Positions 34,600 to 48,806 of a stretch of 64,000 nucleotides of DNA are shown here, piece after piece. Position 1 is the first letter of the stretch. Every line of letters begins with the position of its first letter. The stretch spans positions 4,640,783-4,704,782 of the forward strand of contig CM082580.2 in NCBI GenBank assembly GCA_040954595.2. The letters are read 5' to 3'. Below the pieces are notes generated by a model. That model saw nothing but the letters and a program-made list of their open reading frames with translations. It was not told where the DNA came from and did no database searches. The stretch comes from Balanoglossus misakiensis. Lineage: Eukaryota > Animalia > Hemichordata. Position numbers and translations under genes: made by a program.

Positions 34600-37008
34600 A
34601 TGATGGGCAGTTTCGATAAATTGAGTCATACAATGCAATCGTCTATGTTGTATGCAACTCAGCAAATGCGTGCTTATTCCATTGGAACATTGTCGTCATC
34701 GAGAATTTTGAGAAACACGTCTAAAATGGGACATTTTTTAACATTCAGGTCTCAACACTTATCTGTATCTGACCCACCAACTAAGAAGTCCATAAACACT
34801 AATAGGTAAGGATGGCTAAAGTCTTTGCGCGCCTGCGTTTACGTAAATTTAAAATTCATACATTGTTTCTCGAGATATTGCAATTCAAAATTTGTCATGT
34901 ATTCTGTAGAATTGCACTTACAGGAGAAATATCGATGCGATTGACATCCTGCACTATTAATAGTTGGTGTCTGTACGTTTGATAACTTCCTAAATTTGTT
35001 AACATATCATCCCTTCCCCCAAATTGCCTGAAACCTGCCTGAAATAACGTTCTCACACAGCATATTTTAAGGTTCTTGTCCGTAACCTACGTAGTTATTG
35101 AACGCGGTCGGTTTATAGGTCGGTGTGACAACCTTTTGATTCAAAGGGACGCTATGGGTCTCATTCAGGTCATGGATTAGTGTTCCTGTACATGTATACT
35201 GAGTCTGGGCTGAACTGTGAAAACCCAGTCTGATGTACCACCCGGGCATGCATTGAATTACGTTTCGGATCATTTGAGATAAAGGCTGGAGCAGCTTAAA
35301 GTGTTTTCTTCATTGAGCTGTTTTGATCACCTTTTCGGCCCAGATGCAGGTATGCAAACAGCCATAAATATACATTGCAAGTGAGACGGGTCTATTGGCT
35401 CACACCATGAAATAATTGCAAGTCGTTGCAATTTCAAGTATATGCATCATTGTGTGTCTAACATCTCATAGCACTTAGTTGAGCAAACACTAGCATAGGA
35501 TTTGCTTCAAAACCCTAGTTTTGGTTCCTTAGAGACGCCTGTATGGGACCAAAAGAGAATTTGGCAAATAAGAGAATATTTTGAGGCAAACTCTACCCAG
35601 GGACAAAAGCAATTTTCGTCATTCGCATGTGAATATCTTCCCCCACAACAATCAGAGTAGTTTCTCCACCCATAACCCTTGACAAAACGGATAAAGAATG
35701 TTCGTCTATGACTTTTGGTTTGGACCTCCAAAATTGTATACCTGTTAATGGTACACATGACAGTCAAATCTCTGCTTTCAGTTTTGAAGTTCGAGTTGCT
35801 ACGAAAGAAGACCTGAAAGCTATTAGCGATCTCACTGTTTCTGTTGGCTGGAATTATCCGGTCGAATATCTAGAAGCGTTTCGACAGGCCAGCCCCGATG
35901 GCTTCTTCCTTTGTGAAAAAGCAGGCGAAGTTATTGGTAAGTTGATTTGATAGAATAACTCTTTTTCTTGCGATGATGTAAACACAACAAAGGGACAAAG
36001 ACATTTGACATTATTTCGACGTTTTATTTTATTTTCCATCTGGGTGTTTTTGTTAATCTGCATGTTGAAATGTGCTAAAGGATCAGTCATTAAAGCTCAA
36101 CCCACAATACGCCTATTGATCAATATCGTTTTCGGCATTGATCAAAAACGAAATGAAGGAAATACAAAACTCGTTCCATCAAAGTATAGCAAATGATAAT
36201 CGTTTCTCACCTATTATTAGGACAAACCTCCCCTATAGCATTGCATTGTTAAGATGTCCCATTCTGCATTCGGTTCCCATCCACAGCAACAGTGTACGGA
36301 TTCAACCAGACAGCTGACCTGGCTTCCCTTGCCCTGGGCATCACCAAAGAGAAGTATCGCAAACACGGCATACACAAGATGATCTACCGGGCGGCGACAA
36401 TGCATGTTGGCGGTGAGAGGAACGTGGGATTGAATTCTGAGGGCCAACATCGTACAGAGGTTATGATTGGTCTGGGCTTCACGAACGTGGATTTTGACAC
36501 AACTTGCTATCAGGGACTGGTGAATCATTCAGCGTTACCAGCCCTTGAAACCGTCGCACCAGAAGGCACCACCATTTTGCCTCTGGGGCAAATACCATTT
36601 GATGGCTTAGTGAAGTATGATGCGCAGATATATCCTTTTGAGAGGGAAGATTTTCTTAAAATTTGGTGGAACGGAAAAGATGTTCATAATTTTGTTGCCA
36701 TGAATGCAAATGATAAGATTGTAGGGTATATAAGTGCTCGGCCACTGATTAACCGTTTTTCCGTCTTACCGTTATTTGCCGACGACGTTGCCATTGCAGA
36801 ATCTCTGTTGATAACCCTTTTTCGTCATCTTCCAAACAATGTCTTCGTAAGGATGCTAGTCCCATTGCGTAACACAGAAGCAGTAGAGTTGGCTAAGAAG
36901 TTTAATATCACTGATGAAATATTCACAATGACTCGCCAGTACAATAAAAAGATTATCACATTCCCTTTAGATAAAATGTTTTCTTTAAATACCGCAGAAG
37001 TTATTTAA
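34600..37008 (+). CDS. GNAT acyltransferase copy 4 with putative mitochondrial presequence, ~360 aa
   Basis: Exons 34600-34805, 35782-35936 and 36287-37008; 1083 nt in frame. The upstream region 34353-34836 duplicates 31391-31870. Confidence 0.85.
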
Positions 37009-38032
37009 CTTCCATTTCCAACTAAAACTATGAGATCGAAAAATGTCGATAGCGTACAATGTAAAACTTTGTATCGGAAAGGACACTTACAGTCATTCAA
37101 AATTGAAATTGGCCAGGTTGGGATAACTACTGTGATCTAATCTTCTGTTGCCGATGTTCCTGTAACTACAACCTATGCTGTTATAATATTTTCTGAACTA
37201 TAACACTTCAATCTGGTTGGCCAATCCCTAGTTTATCAGGCAATTAGTTAATCTGTGTGAATGTAAATTCATATAAATAGACATTGACACTCTTTCAATG
37301 GAGCATTTCTGTGAGTGACGATTTTCTGATGAATTGACTCATGAATTATTTTTTTCGAAAATAATTTTTATTCAGTAAAATGGTAAATTTCTTTCGTGTT
37401 CCCCTTCTAAGTCAGAGTTACACAGACTCATTATTCGGGGAAATTAAGAAAGTCGAAAATTACTTCTATTAACATGCAGTAAAATGGAAGTCGCAAAGAT
37501 GTCAATGTGTTATATGAATACGTACTGTTTAATAGTTCTCGTGATTTATTTAGTGCATTTGAAGTTTGGCATTTTGGATCTCCTCCATGGAGTTAGTGTT
37601 GTATATTAATTAGAAAAATTAAATATAATTAGTGTTGTATATTAATTAGAAGAATTAAATAATACAGTTTTCCATTTGTATTTTGTAAAGGTGAGTGCAT
37701 ATGTTATTACGATAAGTTTCGTTTAACAATTGACCTTAATAAGCATGTTTTCCAGTGGTGATCATAGCTTCTATTATGCGTTTACCAAGATTTACAATTT
37801 TTAGGCTAGTAACTTTCAAATGACTTCTTATGTAATCTAATTTCGTATAAGCATAATTGGTGCATGTTTTTAATGAAGGTATGTGGGGGAACTCCACTGA
37901 GATAGAGTCAACGAATAAAGAATGTTCTCCTGAATATAATCTAGCTTGATGTTCATCTGTCCTCGTCGGCACTGTGATATGTTGAGTTTTTGGAAGGAAA
38001 AATGTCCATTACATGTACTATTGAATTGTTGC

Positions 38033-38137
38033 GTTGTGTTGTGTTGTGTTGTGTTGTGTTGTGTTGTGTTGTGTTGTGTTGTGTTGTGTTGTGTTGTGTT
38101 GTGTTGTGTTGTGTTGTGTTGTGTTGTGTTGTGTTGT
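38033..38137. repeat. (GTGTT)n microsatellite
   Basis: Direct reading. Confidence 0.95.
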
Positions 38138-38460
38138 GCGAAACGCCGAATCGGGCCTTCGGCCCTCAAAAGATACGGGCCTTACGGACCTCGGACGAAA
38201 CGCCGAATCGATACACATTAGGCGCGAGGGACTGTCGACAGTCTAACGGAAGATAGACTCATCGAATGCTATACAACATTCCATACAGGTGTACTGTGAA
38301 AAGCTAACTTATACACGAAAAAATATATGCATCAATGCACTTAAACAACGTTCGCCAGTGCCAATACCCCATCCCTAACAGAAGGCGTTACCAACCTATA
38401 ATGTATGCACGGTCAATGGGTATACAGGAAGAGATGAATGGCGTAAAGGCAAGTTCAAGG

Positions 38461-41400
38461 TCACTTCTTCACAATCAGGTGCTCCGGCCCAAACGGAAAC
38501 TTGGTGATATTTTCGTTGCCGTCTTCGGTGACGACCAGAATATCGTGTTCCCGGTATCCACCTGCTCCGGGAAGACCTTCCGGTATCATAATCATTGGCA
38601 CCATTGACACGACCATTCCTGGCTCCAGTTTCGTCTCGATGTCGTCTCTTAACTCCAGGGCTGAAATGGGCAGATAGAAAAGCTAAACTGTGTTGTCAAA
38701 TACCTGATTTTGTGCACGCCTGCCGTTGAAAAGTAAAGGCGAATTAACCTTCTAGATAAAGATGTCTCTCTATCTCTCACTCTGTCCCTCCCTATCTTTT
38801 TCATTCCCTCTAATCAAATTATGCCTCGAGCAAAAAGAGTCTTTCCGTTCAATTCACTAGCGCCACATACACTGTCTTAGGAAGTTATTGCAGATACTAT
38901 ACCACCATGGAGCTCGCCAAGTATAAAAGACAAAAAGTACCATTTACATTTATAGTAGTCGATTACAAGCAGTTATTAATTATTTAATGTAGGCCCCTAC
39001 ACGTCGAAAAGTGTTGGTAAATGTACTCGTTTTACAATTCTACATCTCGTGGTTTCGGTTCCGAGCAGTTTACTGTAGGCCTATTTCAATTCTCCCGACC
39101 TTAAATAGGTTTTGGCTACCTAGGTGGGTGATAAAAATATCACATGGTCGACACAATTTCAAGATGGCCGATTTTTGTCATGTTTAAGGAATAGGAGTTC
39201 ATAAGCTGAAGTGATGATGGGTCATTCTGAAACTTTTTAATAGAAAAAATAACAAAATGTGAAAAAAGTTTAATGAGTTTAATATGGTAACTACAAAGAC
39301 AGACATGTTTGACCCAAGGAAGTCATGAAATACAGTAAACATATCATTTCTTCTATCTCTTACTACAGTGGGTTGTCGACTTTTCGACCAGAATGCAATG
39401 GGATTTGACCCCCTAGCACAAAGTGAAAACCTATTTAAGGTACCCACTTACCCGCCTCCCGCCCGTAATAGTGACCAAGCACTCCAAATGAGTACCCATA
39501 GCCAAATGATCGGTACTGCAACAAGTCGTGCCTGGCGTAGATCTCGTTCAACTCGGCAGCAATTTCTTTACACCTTATGCCCGGTTTGATCAGCTGCATT
39601 CCTCTACGATGAACACTGCAGTTTATTTCCCACAATTCCAAGTGGCGATCCGAAGGTATGTGGTCGAAGAACATGGTCCGTTCCAGGGCAGTGTAGTACC
39701 TAGAAAATCATGAAATATTGTTTACTGTATTATAGGTAGGCCTAGTCTGCGCCTCGACAAACAGAGCGAAAGCCTTAAATTTGTTTTCATATCATGCTCA
39801 AGGAAAAGACTGAACATTATATTCTTGAATTAGGAATCACAGTTGTTTGAAATTCAAAATGGGCGCCAGTCTTGCGTTAAGTATGCGTAGAAAATATAAG
39901 AAAGATGATGCAAACAGGATGATGATCCTCTACGTTCTTTCTTCGTTGTAAAAGAAACTCCACGCACATTGATATTATAACAAAGAATTAGACGGTTTGG
40001 AGGACTACCATTTTTTCTGAGAATATGTCCCCGGGGTGCATGCATATAACTTAAGCATACAAATGGAGACATGTTTGAACCTTATATGAGTGCTAGGACT
40101 AACAAGAACCTGAAAAGACTTACCCGGCCAACACTGGGAAACAATTCAGACTGAGTATATCACCTTTACGTATGCGTCGAGTTGTAACTGGGTTGTGTGC
40201 TCCGTCAGTGTTAAGACCAGACATGAACCAGGACCAAGCTGAAATTGGTAAGTCCAAATAACTATGTACTCTCACACTTCTGGCCACTGGTAGTATTGAA
40301 TTGACTGTGTTGGGATAAATCGATCCCACACAAACATTTTACCGCGTATATATGACACGAGTTATGATTGGATTCTCTAGTAACACGCGAAAAATATTAT
40401 CCAATGGACAGAGGTATATTACTTGCATAGAAAAAACGTCAGTTGCAAAGTTAATTATTCAATGTTACTAATGCGAATTTAACACATTTTGTGGCCATGT
40501 TAGAAATAGAATCCCACACAACAAGGACATGGGATTGGAATTCTCTAATGCGTTGGGATATCTTGTCTCGATTGAGCCGTTCATCTATATGCCAAGTCTA
40601 TAAAGGCCTGTCACATGTATTTTCACAGATTTTTGTTCTTACTCATTCGTGTGTATATTTATGAACATGACACCAGAGCCAACGATGACCAGATCAAAGA
40701 TTTATGATGTGCTTCTGGCCAAATCTTACTTGAGCAAACCAACCTTCTAATAAGATTATCACTATCCCCAGCAACTAACAACATCTTCGTTGTCACAACG
40801 TATTAAACGTTCTAATTTATACTTACTGTCTCGCAGTTCTGCATGGGGAAAAGTTCGGGCAATTTCTTGAGTCATGGCCTGGGTTGCAGCCATGGCAACA
40901 TCGTGTTCGCCGACCCCTTCACCAATTGCATCCACAGTTGCCCATCCGCCCAAGTCGGCGATACGAGCGCCCTCTTTGATCAGGGAGATCTCTTCGGGCG
41001 ACTTCTTCATTCTCATTCGCATGGCGGCCTCGCCGACATCAACCAGTTGGCAGTTTCGCAAGGTTGTTTGAAACTTCCCGAACCCGTCCAATGGCAAGTT
41101 GTCGTATTCTACGCCGATTTTTCCCACGCAATCTTCCAACACTTTTCCGACAGCAAAGTAGAAATTGTCCCTGTGCCAGTCGGTGTAAACGACGTTGTCA
41201 CCTTGACAACGGCGCCATGGCTGGCCTCCATCTATTTTTGCAGAAACGGTGGTGACTGTGTCCATGGTGACGATCAGTGCATACTGTCGACCAAACGAAC
41301 AGTAGAAGAAATCACTGAAATAATTGACGTTATGGTATGACGTAAACAGACTGGCCACTAGGCCGGTTTCCTCCATGTGCGTACGAAGCATGGTCACGCG

Positions 41401-42435
41401 GCGGCTCATCTCCTCTTTGGAGAAAGTACATTTGGCCTGTAAAATAGACAGATATGCGTGTAGTTATTTTTGCGGGGAACCCTCATCATTTTTTTCACAA
41501 CAAACATCAGGCTTTATGTTGTCACAAACAACTATACAACAATACACCTGGTGCATCGACGCTTATTAACAAGCAGTAGGTCAAGTTAGAAGTAACACTG
41601 ACACAATAAAGTATGAAAGTACAAATTGGCAAGGAATATTAACACACCCCCTTCCCCCCGTCCCGGTCGTTTCTTCGACCCCCAACTTTGTAAATTGATC
41701 TCTTTAGCCTCGCAGCACAAGTGTCCAGGGGTGCGTGTGGAGGGGATCAATGCCCTATCTCCCCCGGTAATGACCCCGATCACGGCCAAACATTGAACTC
41801 TGTCATCACAGCTTGAAACAGCCAAGGTTAAAATCCGCAGCTTGTAGTGCGCCAAAGAAATTGAACAAAGGGTGGGACCTTGCGATATTCCCCGGGGGAA
41901 TGACCGAATTAATGCCGCTATTTGAACCTGCAATTTATTCTCAAATGTTCACAATCATGTGCAATTTTTCAAACTGTCATTTATAGAACCTGACTGAGTC
42001 TCTGCGTTTTTCCTAGTTTATGATTGATATGCCTTGAAACGTTTTAAAAAGCAACAAAAATATATGAAGGACAAAAGTATCAGTTGGAAACACAGTAAAA
42101 ATAGGGTCTTAATGAAATGCACCTTACTTAAAAGTCTTAAAAGTTTTTTTAACATTAGTACATTCAAATTAATAAACGTATAGGCGTCACTTTATAGTCG
42201 GAAACCTGGACATTGCCCCAGGAGAGTAAATTTGGACATAGCTTACCTTTTCTCCATTTCTTAGATCCACGATCCTTGGCATGGACTTTTTCCAGTGATT
42301 CAAATCTGCTAGAGCAGTGTGTTGGCATCGAGTAAAGCCGGAGATTGCGGGCGACATACGGATGATACGCCCAGCGAAAATTGGTGCTGGAACTCTCATC
42401 CACAAACGCAGCAATGCTGTAGACAACGACAACAT
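38461..42435 (-). CDS. Creatinase (creatine amidinohydrolase, M24 pita-bread fold) family protein with N-terminal presequence, ~453 aa
   Basis: Exons 42435-42247, 41436-40827, 40238-40124, 39699-39452 and 38660-38461; 1362 nt in frame. Matches bacterial creatinase signatures RNGEK, FTSYHNVNYFSDFFYCSFGR, IDGGQPWRR, NTDGAHNPVTTR, YYTALERT, HYYGREA, GAGGYREHDIL, ENITKFPFGPE. Confidence 0.93.
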
Positions 42436-44991
42436 CTTTTTGGTGATATCACTATAGTAGACAGATGTCGGTAGTGCAGATAGACTTTCGACAACGACCC
42501 CGACGCAAACTGTCTAACAGGATCCGAAGTCACTGTAGGAGAACTACGATGATCAATTGAAGAACGCGATGAAATAAGGAAGGGCGTGACCTTTGTTTGC
42601 CTAAACATGTATAATAATTTACATTCGAACTTGAACCCGACTTGACATGCGCCAAGAAGAGGAAGGACTTTATGATATATGAAGGCAGGACTTAGATTTT
42701 CGAGTGAAGAAACGTTGCTTGTCTTTCCAATACATGTTCTTTAATTTATTTGATTTATTTATTTATCTTTATTTCGAGGGCATGCTCATAAAAACAAATA
42801 CAACAAAGAAAAAAAAATAGTTAAAAACACACAAAACAACAATAAAAGAAATACAGACACAGTCACAAATGATTAACAGTGTCACGGAAAAGAATATTAA
42901 CAAGTCTAAAAACAGTCAGCAAATGTTTTGCGCCAAAAGATGCTGTGTCGAATTACATCCAAGGATAAAGTTGCATTAATCAAGTTATTTCTACTTTCTT
43001 TCAATCTGAGATAAAATCTGGAACGAGCAGTCCGTTGCTTACAGTGGAAAGTCATAATGGAATTGCCAACAAAAGTCTCAGAAATACTCAATCGATGTTT
43101 GATACCCAGCATGATTCTGAAGAGGTCAAATTACCACAATCGATTTCAATCAATTTTAATTGGAACTGCATAGTGAATGATTGAGAATTGAGCAAGTCTC
43201 CATGTCTTCATTTACCAGGCTAAGCTCATTCATACCAATAAAATACTTTTTATTGATGTAATCAAGCATTTTTGTTATTGTTTTAATTCATAATTTGACA
43301 ATTAAAGTTTCGTAGCGGTTTCTTGTCTTTCTATACATCTTTAAAAAATAAAATACGAAAGTAAATGAAATTACCATATATGCAAAATCGGAGGATTTTT
43401 TCCAATATTGTTGAATTTATGCTCATATAAACTTCTTCAAATATTTATTAGCTACTCCTCTCGAAACTTTTCTGCATTCATGTGAAAATATGGTTTTGTA
43501 CGTTTAGTCACCGTAGTTTAGTACTGTTGGATTCATCTCCCTGTATTAATCCATAACAGTCAGTCCGTTGCAACAATTCGCCGGGGTCAGGATTAAAATT
43601 GGCCTCCAGCGTTTCGGCTACAACATGGGTGACTGTCATCAAAGACTATTGTATTTCTCAGATTTATGTTGATGTCTGCAACATCTTCTCTTGGGGGAGG
43701 ACTTTTTCTGGCTTTGAAATTCAAGAACTTGTAATTCATCATGACTGCTTACTCCGAATAGCGCAGCAAAGATTTGTCCCTGGCTAAATCCGGTTGTAGT
43801 ACACGAGACGGAAACAAGATCCGGTTCCGGTCTGCACCCCCCCCCCCCCCCCACACACACACACACATTTCTTGCCAAGTCAGGTGTTTTGCTAGATGTC
43901 TGTCTTCATGTCTGTCTGTCTCTGCCTGCCTGCCTGCCTGCCTGCCTGCCAGTGTACCCACATCCTCATAATTATTTAGTGACCCAGTTTTATTGCCTTC
44001 TCTTAAAACAGAATTATATTAATTTTAGTAACTCTATATGCGGTATGTCTGGACGAGGATACCTCTGCCAGCTTTTCCTGCTATTCTCTACCTGCCCGCT
44101 CATCCATCCATCCATCCATCAATCCGCACAGTCATTTATTCGCCTGTCCAAATGCCCATCTGTCTATATGCCCGTTGTCTGCCTCCCTGGGCCGATCAGT
44201 TACATGATCAGAAAATGGTTGCTGGACGAAAATACGCCTCAACTCCGAAACTAGGTTTATTACCATGTAATTTTATGGTAAAAACTGACAACAAACAGGC
44301 TAGTAAAAAAACATTGCTGGTCTGTTCGAATTTGCTGGTATGAGGTGACATGTATCTCGCGCTACACTAATAATAATAGCAGTCCACGTGTATACTCATT
44401 TCATTCAAACCTGCCTCCCTCTCATCCAACCATCCATCCATCCATCTGCCTATCAATCCTGCCAGCCACAACAAAAATACCCACGCATTTATCCATTATC
44501 CCGCAAGCCTACCGACCATCCAGCTACCCTCCAATCCATCCACCCACCCATCCATCCATCCACTATTCCACCATCCCACCCACCCACACATCAAAATGCC
44601 CGTCCATCCATCCATTAATCCATCCCTCACCAGATCTATGCAACAACCAACCTGTCACTAGTGCACACAACAATCCATGGCTGTAGTTTTATAACCTCTT
44701 TCTCTAGAAAAGCAATATTTTTTTTTCATTCTTGAAAAAATATCTTAGTAAATTATGTGACATACATTTATTCTCTTTCTCTGTCACAGTGCGTGAGTTG
44801 ACCAAAATACCGTTCTTCTGAAATTTTGGGTATTATGTCATTTCCAAGAATTGTAATAAAAGGAAACGTGTCTTTTGAATTAGATATGTTGTAACTATGT
44901 ATAAAAAATATGTGGCAAGATGTATCATACCTTACTTGTCTCTGACGCGTTTTATTGGTATCACGACTTACCAGCAGTAAGCTTGGTTTAA

Positions 44992-45341
44992 AGGGACGAA
45001 GTCTCACTCTTGTTGCCCTTTTTCCATTAATTATGTTTGATACAAGACACTGTTTATGTTATTCTACATGTGGATATAGTGAATCAACGTTCGACCACAC
45101 ACTACTTCCATATGCATCCTGTTTGTAGGATATAAGATTAAAAATCTCGCCAAAATGAATAAATGGTAAATACCGATTATTCATTTGGCGAGTTTTTCAC
45201 TCTCGTGTCTACAAGTGGGATGGAAGTTGTGTGTGATTAAACGTTGATTCACTATATATCCACATGTAGAATGGCATAAACGGTGTTTTGTATCAAACAT
45301 AATTAATAGAAAAAGGGCAGCAGGAGAGAGACTTTGTCCCT
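44992..45341. mobile_element. AGGGACAAAG foldback MITE
   Basis: TTAA-AGGGAC ... CTTTGTCCCT long inverted repeats. Confidence 0.85.
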
Positions 45342-46094
45342 TTTAAGAAGAGTATCAGTAATATATGCTGGAACGTTGGAATATTCTGGATAGTAAAAAC
45401 ACAACTCGCTGTTTTAAAATGCCAATCCAATTAATCATCATTTTATCTCTCTACCGATGGAAATTATTGATGGACCCATCTGTCCATCCCTCTTCCAACA
45501 CGACCGCAGACCCGCTGTTGTGGAGCCATTGGTCGTTAAAAGGACCCCTACATGTTCCATCTGGTTATTTTGTTCATCCCCAAATGGTCACTTTTCAGCT
45601 CAACAAGACATGTACGTGTCTATGAACCATTATTGTTATTAGAAAAAGCAATAGGAATCACGTACCCATACCTGTCTCAGAGGAAATTCTTACTTTACTG
45701 TTTTCATGCAATGTGGGATATATTTGGCTGAGACAAATTATCTGAGATCCCAGATAATAAACCGAGTAAAACATTGCCAATACAGCACAAATTAGGGCAT
45801 TTCCATCACTTGATGCTCCGCTTCAATAAATAACAAAACCCATAACACATTTTTTTCTGTTTATTTTGATAGTTAATACCGGCACATTCAAAGGAGCGGC
45901 ATGAAATGGGTTACTTGTGACTCGCCCGAAGTATGGACATTTGGAATAAATTTCTAAAAATATTCTGCAGACAGTGGTCTGGTGAGAACCGAAGCGATTA
46001 TTTAACATATATATTTTCATGCGCATATTTCGGCTATATAATCCAGCTATTTGCAGCATCGACTCATATTCTGGCACAAAAACTCCAAGGTACA

Positions 46095-48806
46095 ATGCAT
46101 CGTTACGGACGGACTGTGTTGTTGGTGGTCGTAATGATCACGGTAAGATGTTAATTTTTTTCTCACAGTTAGAATCTGTCAACTGAATATTTGATTGTTT
46201 GAAACTGGATTTGCTTTCTACATTATCAATATTAATTTGTCCAACGTTGTGTTGTGTTTTCTAAGGTTGGTGATGCGACTCCTCCAGGTACGTTGTGTAA
46301 ACTTTGTTGTTTCCACATTTCATTTCTGTCCTCTTTCTATCAATGTCCTCTAATGTCGTTTACTTTGCGTTCAAGTAACGTTTTATTTAGTAGTGACTGT
46401 TAAGCATTCAGCTTCGTTTTATCGATTTGTTGTCAACATTTAAGTTGTTTGTTTTATTTCTGCGTGTGTGTTTTATCGTTTTGACATATGCACGCCTGTA
46501 CTGGTGATCCTTCAGTGAGACATTAATGTTTGAATGTGGCCCGGCGCCTATGTGACAGAAATATTACTCATTAAATGCAATCGATCGATCGATCAACCAA
46601 CTAATCAATCAATCAGTCAATGCATACCGCCTGTGTGTGCCCAGCATGTGAATAATAAACATATTGTTTGCTTGCATACTATTGGATAAGCCCTTCCTAC
46701 TCGACCAGTAGTACCTACAGCATGGACCGACTTTTCAAGTATTCGTCAGTAACATAGAAATCAGTACACCTCGCACATATATTTAAATTAAAAAAATATT
46801 GAGTCTGAATAAGCCAATGAAAGACTTTGCATGTTAAGGAATATGTCCTGAGAAAATGTGCTGCATATGTATGCTAAATTCGACGTGCATTATTTTGTTC
46901 CAGCTGAGCTTTGTTTTCAACTTTGGTCTGGGTCTACGGCACAGACCTTCACGGGGCGACATGCCGTTTCGGACTACGACGCGCGAAGCTGCGAAGATCA
47001 CTGTTTGTACGCCGACAGTTGCACTGGTTGGGTGTACACACACTTCTATGACCAGAGCTGCTACGAATTCACGAGCCATCTGGAAAGTGGACCCCAATAC
47101 CCCGCACCGGTAAATTAATATCCATCTTGGTAATTTTAACCTAGTTTTCAATTGGTGTTGACAGTACCATCCATTCATTCATTCATTCGTTCGTTCGTTC
47201 GTTCGTTCGTTTGTTTGTTTGTTTGTTTGTTTGTTTGTTTCCAACGATGTCCCGGTTTGATGGAGTAGGCTTCATTGCTAGCACTGCTTTTCGCGGGTGT
47301 TTGCTTCGTTCACTGGGCTTTTCTCTTTCCAGCTTCTGATAGTTTCTCGGTTGTGACATATTTGACAGATTGGTTAGCAGCGACAACAGAACCCTGCAGT
47401 GACGATTTGTTCTGTTCATCGTATGTATATTTGTGGTGCATGGTTGTTGGTCACACTGGCTGATGGCTAGACTAGCCCCACTAGTCGCTTAGTGTGCATG
47501 CTTGCCTTGAGCGTGTTTCTGGTAGTGGGGCGAGTTTCGAATTTGGGACTGGGCTCATGGTTTCAGGTAGCGTCGACCAATGGGCCTGCGCAGTTCCTAG
47601 ACACACGCGCTGAACTCGTTGTCTTTTACTCCACATACGCGCGCCAAATGTGGTCATTTTATGACAGTCACTTGACATAGTGACTTTTCCTAAACAGTCA
47701 AACTTAATATTTGGTTCTCGGCTGACTTTGTTCACCCAGGCACCTTCGCCTTTCCAGTCGCCCAACAACCTTCCGGATCCAAATAGACGTAAGTCAACGG
47801 AGCAATTTTTGCTGTAGACCTGGCAATATGCAAACACCCTGGTGGTATATTAGTCCTTTATACAGCAGGGACATGTTAGCTGTCGCAAATATTCGCAGCA
47901 AACAACCAAAATGTGCAGTAAACGTCAATATGAATACCGCATATCTAGTGCCAAACGTAAGTTTCATTTTGTCTCTTTTTCATGGAAATCAACTGGATTT
48001 TATGCAATACAGAATTACAGTTCGGCGGGAGATTGCAAAGAGGTATGTGAATCGCATTCGTTTGTCCAGATAACTGAATGACCTTATAGACCAACTATCC
48101 TATTGGCTTTATTCACTTGAACCTGGATATGATCTTCGAATTCTAAGTTGTTGTCGACTCTTACTCCTATGTTCTTCTCTGTTCTCACATACTCTTAATT
48201 AAGCTACTGACGGCTGTGTACCAATTATTACAAGGACGGAAAGACGTAAATCTGAAGTTATCCGAGAGAGCCTGAACCGTGACAACTGCCAGGCACTGTG
48301 TTCGGCGAAAACGTGGTGTTCTCATGCACAGACGGACGGTTCCACGATGTGTCTTAACTTTGGCTTTCTCGTCGGATTCGACGTCGATTACGACTTCGAC
48401 ATAAACGACCACAGAGGTTCAAGTCCACATCTCGATGCAGCCTACGAGCGTTTGGCGCAAGGTTATCGGGTAAGCAACAAACGGCCAGACCTCGAGCACA
48501 ATCGCGAATGGTGACAGAAATTGGATTGGAAGGAAGACGAGCGTGTCGTGTAGTGGGTTCTAAGGTTGTTGTGATTTATCGTGTCATACTTCATATTCAT
48601 CCCTCAAGAGACATAAGGACGTTAGGTTTTCACTGTTTTATTTTCCTTTTAAAATTGACCAATCCTCACGTACAAACAAATATTACATTTCACTGTTAAC
48701 AAGAAATTGACAATTAGGAATTTTGTTCATAAGACTTTAAAATCCGCTTATATTAATACCCGGATAGCCGATTCAAAGTTACTCTTGATTCTTGCAGATT
48801 GACTAG
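46095..48806 (+). CDS. Small secreted PAN/apple-domain protein, ~104 aa
   Basis: Exons 46095-46142 (MHRYGRTVLLVVVMIT), 46266-46287, 46904-47109, 48013-48042 and 48798-48806 (ID*). Six cysteines in PAN spacing: ELCF...SCEDHC...SCTGWVY...SCY...GDC. The last exon is tentative. Confidence 0.65.

Noticed and set aside
42740-43600. Possible decayed LINE on the minus strand
   Set aside because: Composition is suggestive, but there is no intact RT or endonuclease motif.
47240-48560. GC-richer, coding-looking stretches in PAN gene introns
   Set aside because: Frames are interrupted by stops, there are no consistent splice pairs, and no family was recognised.
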